The notes under the pieces: model-generated | Told to the model about the DNA's origin: nothing | Seen by the model: only the letters and a program-made list of their open reading frames with translations | Databases searched by the model: none | Translations under genes and position numbers: made by a program | In this document: positions 58,318 through 64,000 of the stretch, one piece after another | How positions within the stretch are numbered: the stretch's first letter is position 1 | Layout: the number at the start of each line of letters is the position of its first letter | From: Acholeplasmataceae bacterium | GTDB lineage: Bacteria > Bacillota_I > Bacilli_A > Acholeplasmatales > Acholeplasmataceae | DNA: 64,000 bases | Assembly (NCBI GenBank): GCA_963675245.1 | Contig: OY775910.1 | Coordinates: 1,120,001 to 1,184,000 of the forward strand | Direction: 5' to 3'

Positions 58318-59462
58318 AGAAAAGTTTAGTTTTATTTGTTGTTTTATTTGCTTCGTTCCTTCTTAGCGCATGTGGCGAACCGAGTTTAAAAGTACTCAAT
58401 TGGGGCGAATATATTAATGAGGATGTGGTTGCTGCATTTGAAGAAGCAACCGGCATCAATGTAGATATAGATGAAATGGGATCTAATGAGGAATTCTATC
58501 AAGCAATCACCGCTGATACAACTGCTTATGATATCGTGATTCCATCTGATTATATGATTGAAAAATTAGTTGAAGAATCATTGGTTCAACCAATTCAATT
58601 CAATCTATTAACAAATTATACAGATAATGATGCAGCCATGTATACAGACGCAGTTGCACAAATTCAAGCAACTATGAATCCTGCTACCGCTGGTTATTAT
58701 GTTCCTTATTTCTGGGGATCATTTGGATTAATGTATAATGTGAGAACGGCAGGTTTAGAAACTGCACTTGAAGCGTCAACAGCAGGCGGATGGGATGTTT
58801 ATTTTGATCCTGAATTACGCCCTTCAGGCACAAGAGTTGGTATGTATGATGTCGCACAATATGCTTATTCAACATCATTATTATACTTAGGGTATTCAGA
58901 TTTCAATTTAACACCAACAACGGCGTTAATCAGTGAAGCACAAGGTGCATTAACTGATGCAGGGTTTGTTTCATATGGCGATGATGGTTTAAAACGTGAT
59001 ATTAAAGATGATAATTTAGATCTTGCTTACGTCTGGACAGGGGATTTCTTGGATATGTTATATTCTGATTTAGCATCTAATCCTGAATCTGACGGTGCAT
59101 ATACATATGATGAGATCATTGCTCGTTACAACATTTTCATTCCAACACCTACGATGGCATTTATGGACGCAATGGTGATTCCATCTAACGCCGTCAATGT
59201 CGGTTGGGCACATCAATTTATTGATTGGTTCTTGAATGCCGGAAATGCGATGGATAACGCATCTATCGTTGGTTATGCAACACCTATTCAAGCGGCTTAT
59301 GATGAAATCACAGGATACAGCGGCAATAATCAGTGGTTAACAGATTGGGCAAGAGCATATGCAGATTATTATGCAGAATTAAATGGTCAACCTTATGCAA
59401 ACTTATCAGAAGATGATTTACAATTGTTATCTGATATGTTTGATACCGTTAAACAATCATAA
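58314..59462 (+). CDS. potD: Spermidine/putrescine-binding lipoprotein
   Basis: Lipobox LSAC, NWGEYI, YDIVIPSDYM, PYFWG, WTGD. Confidence 0.9.
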   Translation: MKKSLVLFVVLFASFLLSACGEPSLKVLNWGEYINEDVVAAFEEATGINVDIDEMGSNEEFYQAITADTTAYDIVIPSDYMIEKLVEESLVQPIQFNLLTNYTDNDAAMYTDAVAQIQATMNPATAGYYVPYFWGSFGLMYNVRTAGLETALEASTAGGWDVYFDPELRPSGTRVGMYDVAQYAYSTSLLYLGYSDFNLTPTTALISEAQGALTDAGFVSYGDDGLKRDIKDDNLDLAYVWTGDFLDMLYSDLASNPESDGAYTYDEIIARYNIFIPTPTMAFMDAMVIPSNAVNVGWAHQFIDWFLNAGNAMDNASIVGYATPIQAAYDEITGYSGNNQWLTDWARAYADYYAELNGQPYANLSEDDLQLLSDMFDTVKQS

Positions 59463-59465
59463 AAC

Positions 59466-59494
59466 AAAAAAACTCAGTGAAAACTGAGTTTTTT
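59466..59494. terminator. Bidirectional terminator between potD and clpB
   Basis: AAAAAACTCAG-TGAAAA-CTGAGTTTTTT. Confidence 0.85.
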
Positions 59495-59496
59495 CT

Positions 59497-61626
59497 TTAT
59501 AACATCTCTCTAATGCTTAACTGATCATCTCTTACAACCATACGATAATGATGATGAGGGATGAGCGTACCTTCTATCATATGTGTCGCGATTGTCGTTT
59601 CGACGTGACGCTGAATAAATCGTTTTAAAGGTCTTGCACCATACTCGTCGTTAAAACCATATTTCATAACATGTTTTTCAACAGATTCATCAAACGTGAT
59701 ATAGATATGATTCGTTTCTAGTCGTGTCTTTAAATCAGAAATCATTTTTTGAGCAATCTGAACTTGAACAGCTAATCCTAATGGATTAAAGATAATTTGT
59801 TCATCAATACGATTTAAGAATTCAGGTTTGAAAGTCATTTTAACGAGTTTTTCAACTTGTGCTTTCGCATCGCTATCACTAGAAAGTAAATACTCACTAC
59901 CAATGTTGGATGTCAAAATGATAATCGTATTTTTAAAATCAACCGTGCGCCCTTGGTTATCGGTAAGTCTACCATCATCTAATATTTGGAGTAAAACATT
60001 AAACACTTCAGGATGTGCTTTTTCGATTTCATCAAATAAAATGATGGCATATGGTTTTCTTCTAACCGCTTCAGTAAGCTGTCCACCTTCATCATATCCA
60101 ACGTATCCAGGAGGAGAACCAATCAATCTAGAGACACTATGCGATTCCATGTACTCACTCATATCAATTCTAATGATTTGATGTTCACTGTCAAATAAAC
60201 TTTCTGCTAAAGCTCTCGCGACTTCGGTTTTACCGACACCTGTAGGACCCAAAAAGAGGAAGGAACCTATCGGTCTATTTTCATCTTTGATCCCTGCACG
60301 TTGTCTGATAATCGCGTCCGCGATTAAGCGTAGAGCGTGATCTTGACCAATGACTCTTCGTTTTAAGGTTTCTTCAAGGTGTAAGAGTTTTTCCTTATCA
60401 CCTGCCATAAGCTTACTAATTGGGATATGTGTCCACTTAGAAACGATATCTGCGATACTTTCTTCGGTCACCACCTCGGTTAATAAACGTCCTTCTGATT
60501 TCGTTTCTTCTGATAAATTTTCGATATCTTTCTCTAAAGCAGGTATGTTAGAATACTGTAATTCAGCAGCTTTAGAGTAATCATTATTGTTTAAGGCATT
60601 TTGTAAATCATTTTTTAGATCTTCTAATGTACTTTTCTTTTTCTTAATGACATTCAGATGTTCTTTTTCTCTTTCCCACTGATCTCTTAACGCTTTATCT
60701 TTTTCTTTAAGTTCTTTTATATCGACTTTAAGTTTTGTCAAACGTTCTTTAGAAACAGGATCTTTTTCCTTATCTAAAGCTGTCTTTTCTATTTCTAACT
60801 GCATCAACTTTCTAGTCACGTCATCTAATTCAGATGGCATAGAATCTATTTCCATACGAATAGACGCACACGCTTCATCAATTAAATCAATCGCTTTATC
60901 AGGTAAGAAGCGATCTGAAATATATCGATTTGAAAGGGTGGCTGCTGCGATAATTGCAGGGTCACTAATATGCACACCATGATGTGCTTCAAAACGTGAT
61001 TTTAAACCTCTCAAGATACTGATGGTATCTTCAACTGTTGGTTCACTGATAAGTACTTTTTGAAAACGTCTTTCAAGCGCAGTATCTTTTTCAATGTATT
61101 TACGATATTCATTTAACGTCGTCGCTCCTACACAGTGGAGCTCACCACGCGCAAGCATCGGTTTTAACATATTACCCGCATCCATCGCACCATCAACGCG
61201 ACCAGCACCAACAATGGCGTGAATTTCATCAATAAATAAAATAATATCTCCATCGGATGATTTAATCTTATTTAAAACCGCTTTAAGGCGTTCTTCAAAT
61301 TCACCTCTGAATTTAGCACCAGCAACTAAGGCTGCTAAATCAAGTTCATAAATGGTTTTATCTTGTAAACCAAGAGGTACGTCTTTATCAACGATTCTAC
61401 GTGCTAAACCCTCGACAATTGCTGTCTTACCAACGCCTGGTTCACCGATTAAAACGGGGTTGTTCTTTGTTTTGCGAGAAAGAATTTTAATGACGCGTCT
61501 AATTTCATCTTCGCGCCCTATCACTGGGTCAATTCTACCTTTTTTAACTTCTTCGACAATATCTCTACCGAATTTTTCCAATATTTTAGGATCATTTTGA
61601 TAATCATCCATTTGTGTCATGTTCAT
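59497..61626 (-). CDS. clpB: ClpB chaperone lacking the N-terminal Clp repeat domain
   Basis: Two AAA modules ([16 protein letters not shown]) and a coiled-coil M domain. ATG at 61626 follows AGGAGG. Confidence 0.93.
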   Translation of the reverse strand: MNMTQMDDYQNDPKILEKFGRDIVEEVKKGRIDPVIGREDEIRRVIKILSRKTKNNPVLIGEPGVGKTAIVEGLARRIVDKDVPLGLQDKTIYELDLAALVAGAKFRGEFEERLKAVLNKIKSSDGDIILFIDEIHAIVGAGRVDGAMDAGNMLKPMLARGELHCVGATTLNEYRKYIEKDTALERRFQKVLISEPTVEDTISILRGLKSRFEAHHGVHISDPAIIAAATLSNRYISDRFLPDKAIDLIDEACASIRMEIDSMPSELDDVTRKLMQLEIEKTALDKEKDPVSKERLTKLKVDIKELKEKDKALRDQWEREKEHLNVIKKKKSTLEDLKNDLQNALNNNDYSKAAELQYSNIPALEKDIENLSEETKSEGRLLTEVVTEESIADIVSKWTHIPISKLMAGDKEKLLHLEETLKRRVIGQDHALRLIADAIIRQRAGIKDENRPIGSFLFLGPTGVGKTEVARALAESLFDSEHQIIRIDMSEYMESHSVSRLIGSPPGYVGYDEGGQLTEAVRRKPYAIILFDEIEKAHPEVFNVLLQILDDGRLTDNQGRTVDFKNTIIILTSNIGSEYLLSSDSDAKAQVEKLVKMTFKPEFLNRIDEQIIFNPLGLAVQVQIAQKMISDLKTRLETNHIYITFDESVEKHVMKYGFNDEYGARPLKRFIQRHVETTIATHMIEGTLIPHHHYRMVVRDDQLSIREML

Positions 61627-61638
61627 AAATATACCTCC

Positions 61639-61665
61639 TTGGCAGTCTAACATCTTAAATGCCAA
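61639..61665 (-). promoter_or_regulatory. CIRCE (HrcA operator) 1 upstream of clpB
   Basis: TTGGCATTT-N9-GACTGCCAA on the minus strand versus consensus TTAGCACTC-N9-GAGTGCTAA. Confidence 0.7.
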
Positions 61666-61669
61666 TACT

Positions 61670-61698
61670 ATTATAAATCAACGTTTTGGCACTGTCAA
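61670..61698 (-). promoter_or_regulatory. clpB promoter
   Basis: Minus strand TTGACA, 17 bp spacer, TATAAT. Confidence 0.85.
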
Positions 61699-61712
61699 CA
61701 ATTAAGTGCTAA
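61686..61712 (-). promoter_or_regulatory. CIRCE 2 overlapping the clpB -35
   Basis: TTAGCACTT-N9-CAGTGCCAA on the minus strand. Confidence 0.8.
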
Positions 61713-61772
61713 AAAGTGATAAATTCATCAATTTTATGCTATAATATGATAGGGATTCAGAGGAGGATAAGT

Positions 61773-62249
61773 ATGCTTAATGTATTATTTGTTTGTTTAG
61801 GAAATATTTGTAGATCGCCCATGGCTGAAGGTCTTTTTAGGAAAAGGATCGCGTCATCAGAATTTGCTGATCAAATTCATGTTGAGTCACGTGCCTTAGG
61901 TCAATGGGAACAAGGGAACCCAGTCCACCGCGGTACGAAGCAATATCTTGATATGCATGGTATTGATTCATCAAAAATGAGATCAGAGTTAATTATGGCG
62001 AGTGATTTTGATCAATATGACTTTATTATTGGTATGGATCAATCAAATATCAAACAATTGAAAAAACTTGCCGGTAAAAAGAACAGAAATAAGGTTTATA
62101 TGTATTTAGATGTTCATCCTGATTTTATGGGAGAAGATGTACCAGATCCATATTATGATGGTAACTTTGAACTCACATATAAGCTCATTTCAAGCGCAAT
62201 CGAGTTTTGGATGGAACGATTTTCTAATGCTTTAAATCTGCAAAAGTAA
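61773..62249 (+). CDS. Low molecular weight protein-tyrosine phosphatase
   Basis: VCLGNICRSPMAE and DPYY. ATG at 61773 follows GGAGG. Confidence 0.95.
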   Translation: MLNVLFVCLGNICRSPMAEGLFRKRIASSEFADQIHVESRALGQWEQGNPVHRGTKQYLDMHGIDSSKMRSELIMASDFDQYDFIIGMDQSNIKQLKKLAGKKNRNKVYMYLDVHPDFMGEDVPDPYYDGNFELTYKLISSAIEFWMERFSNALNLQK

Positions 62250-62278
62250 TTGACATTTTTAACTGGCTCATTTATAAT
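62250..62278 (+). promoter_or_regulatory. tRNA-Cys promoter
   Basis: TTGACA, 17 bp spacer, TATAAT. Confidence 0.85.
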
Positions 62279-62296
62279 GATAGAGCACGTTAAATC

Positions 62297-62370
62297 GGCC
62301 TCATAGCCAAGTGGTAAGGCATGGCACTGCAACTGCCGGATCGCCGGTTCAAATCCGACTGAGGCCTCCA
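62297..62370 (+). tRNA. tRNA-Cys(GCA)
   Basis: Acceptor stem GGCCTCA/TGAGGCC, D arm GCC/GGC, anticodon loop CTGCAAC, T loop TTCAAAT, U discriminator, encoded CCA. Confidence 0.96.
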
Positions 62371-62382
62371 ATTATACACATG

Positions 62383-62409
62383 AAGAAGCTCAATGATGAG
62401 CTTCTTTTT
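62383..62409 (+). terminator. Terminator after tRNA-Cys
   Basis: AAGAAGCTCA...TGAGCTTCTT followed by a T-run. Confidence 0.8.
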
Positions 62410-62481
62410 CTTTTTTATAAAAAAATAAGAAACTTAATAAGTTTCTTTGTAAAGTTGAAACGATAAAAGCGACTAAAAGAG

Positions 62482-62528
62482 TTGACATTTTATAGATACA
62501 TGTATATACTGTATATGTACGATATACA
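62482..62528 (+). promoter_or_regulatory. Promoter with a YtrA/GntR-like operator
   Basis: TTGACA, 17 bp spacer, TATACT, followed by the palindrome TGTATAT-N5-ATATACA (62510-62528) upstream of an ABC operon. Confidence 0.65.
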
Positions 62529-62542
62529 CAGGAGGTACTTTC

Positions 62543-63394
62543 GTGAATAGTTTAGACATTAAAAATTTAAGTAAAAGATATAATACCTTTCTTTTAGATA
62601 ACGTTAGTTTTTCTATTCCTAAAGGATTTATTATGGGATTTATTGGTGAAAATGGCGCAGGCAAAACAACGACGATTAAGTCAATGCTAAACGTTGTTAA
62701 AAGAGATGGTGGAGACGTTAAGATTTTAGGTAAAGATATTGATCAAGAAGAACTCGCAATTAAATCGAATATTGGTTATGTATCTGGTGATTTGTATTAT
62801 CCTAAAAAGACGATAGATGAGATAACAAAAGTCTATCAGAGATTTTTTGACAAATGGGATAATGACCTTTATCATGAATTACTACAACGATTTAGCTTGA
62901 GTCCTTTAAAAAGAGTTGATCAACTATCTAAGGGAATGCAGCTTAAATATCAAATCGCACTCGCTTTATCTCATCATGCCGATCTGCTTATCTTAGATGA
63001 ACCAACGAGTGGACTTGATCCAGTGGCTCGTGATGATTTATTAGAAGTGTTTCAATCCATCGTTGAAAATGAAGAATCAAGCATTTTATTTTCGACACAT
63101 ATTACAAGCGATCTAGATAAGTGTGCAGATTATATTACATTTATCAAAAATGGTAAAATCGTTGAGTCATGTTCGAAAGATGATTTAATTGATAAATATC
63201 GTTTAGTCAATGGTACAAAAGAAGAACTAAGTGGTGTGAAAGAGCGTTTAATATCTTATAAAGAGAATGCGTTTGGATTTAATGGTTTAATTGCATCTGA
63301 ACTAGTTGAAAAAAAAGATACAGTAAAAATTGGTCAACCAAGTTTAGATGATATTATGATTTATTATGCAAATAAGGAGGTATTATCATCATGA
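62543..63394 (+). CDS. ABC transporter ATP-binding protein (YtrB-like)
   Basis: GENGAGKTT, LSKGM, LILDEPT, FSTH. Confidence 0.92.
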   Translation: MNSLDIKNLSKRYNTFLLDNVSFSIPKGFIMGFIGENGAGKTTTIKSMLNVVKRDGGDVKILGKDIDQEELAIKSNIGYVSGDLYYPKKTIDEITKVYQRFFDKWDNDLYHELLQRFSLSPLKRVDQLSKGMQLKYQIALALSHHADLLILDEPTSGLDPVARDDLLEVFQSIVENEESSILFSTHITSDLDKCADYITFIKNGKIVESCSKDDLIDKYRLVNGTKEELSGVKERLISYKENAFGFNGLIASELVEKKDTVKIGQPSLDDIMIYYANKEVLSS

Positions 63395-64000
63395 AACATT
63401 TAGTGTTAAAAGAACTAACTTTATCAATTAATAAATTCTATTATATCCTCCCAATCTTATTAGGTGCTTTAATGCTCATTCCAGGATGGATTTATTTACT
63501 CGTATTTATGTATTTCTTCTGGATTTCTGTGCCACAGATATTTGCAGCTTACAATACAAATGCAGATTATAATTTCATCTCAACATTACCTGTAAGAAGA
63601 AAAGATATTGTCACAGCAAAAGCATTGACCATCTTCATCTTGGAAGCGATACATATCTTGTTTGCATTACTATTTGGTTTGCTTCATAATGTAATTTATC
63701 AGTCATCTTGGAATTTATTCTTTGATATTAATCTTGCATTCTTTGGTGTTGGTATTCTCATGTATGGACTCTTTAATGTCGTTTTCTTACCTGTTTATTT
63801 TAAAACAGCACACTTTTTTGGTAAGGCTACGATTTATGGCGCTATCGCAACTTTAATCTATGGATTTATCTTTGAATATGGCGTTTTTCAATTTCAATTG
63901 ATGAGAGATATTTTTGAAGGTAGTATGATCTCACAAATGATACCATTCGCAATCACATGTATTCTAGGCATTGGACTAAGCTGGTATGCTGTTAAACGGT
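63391..64000 (+). CDS. ABC-2 type permease, 3'-truncated by the window edge
   Basis: ATG at 63391 after GGAGG with an ATGA overlap; open hydrophobic frame MKHLVLKEL...TLPVRRKDIVTAK running to the window end. Absent from the ORF track because it has no stop. Confidence 0.8.
   Translation, partial: MKHLVLKELTLSINKFYYILPILLGALMLIPGWIYLLVFMYFFWISVPQIFAAYNTNADYNFISTLPVRRKDIVTAKALTIFILEAIHILFALLFGLLHNVIYQSSWNLFFDINLAFFGVGILMYGLFNVVFLPVYFKTAHFFGKATIYGAIATLIYGFIFEYGVFQFQLMRDIFEGSMISQMIPFAITCILGIGLSWYAVKR

Noticed and set aside
62297..62370. tRNA-Cys as an island integration site, and its C-A mismatch in the T stem as a sign of pseudogenisation
   Set aside because: No duplicate of its 3' end or adjacent integrase was seen; promoter, terminator, CCA and identity elements are intact, and a single mismatch is tolerated.
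62153..62371. 72-aa minus-strand ORF (MEASVGFEP...)
   Set aside because: It is the antisense reading of tRNA-Cys, a common false call.
412..62664. Many 60-184 aa ORF-track entries antisense to, or out of frame within, long genes (e.g. 10654-11172, 33265-33747, 42226-42780, 59828-60181)
   Set aside because: They overlap well-supported genes and show no recognisable motifs; they look like shadow ORFs.
1..64000. CRISPR array, prophage, IS transposase or rRNA
   Set aside because: No regularly spaced repeats, phage structural genes, DDE transposase or rRNA-like sequence were seen by eye.

Overview
AT-rich bacterial chromosome segment read in genetic code 11 (TGA is used as stop). Gene content (N-domain-less ClpB with CIRCE operators, DegV, potABCD, several membrane EAL proteins) suggests Acholeplasmatales or related basal Mollicutes; this is inferred, not proven. 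Layout: (1) 1-10559: 5'-truncated processive GT2, an Abi_2/AbiF-type HEPN gene flanked by two promoter-to-terminator small transcription units, gltB without an adjacent gltD, and a serC-like/serA operon in which SerA is fused to an endonuclease-IV-like TIM barrel. (2) 10560-15290: accessory block with a pRiA4b ORF3-like gene, two coupled paralogous tyrosine recombinases and an AAA ATPase + RloB/TOPRIM-like pair. (3) about 15300-37061: a ~22 kb Wzx/Wzy polysaccharide locus (rml genes, fnlA/qnl-type genes, TagF-like transferase) ending in a phosphonate module (aepX, aepY, nucleotidyltransferase-reductase fusion) that predicts a 2-hydroxyethylphosphonate-decorated glycan. Its predicted promoter lies between 10-bp inverted repeats. 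(4) 37141-64000: core genes (degV, Ldh_2-family dehydrogenase, pyk, aminopeptidase, S9 peptidase, potABCD, clpB, LMW-PTP, tRNA-Cys, ABC transporter) interleaved with three paralogous sensor-PAS-EAL phosphodiesterases. Best leads: HEPN toxin with a small RNA, the recombinase pair with a possibly invertible glycan promoter, the phosphonoglycan pathway, and the SerA-TIM barrel fusion. All calls come from reading the sequence; no database searches were run.
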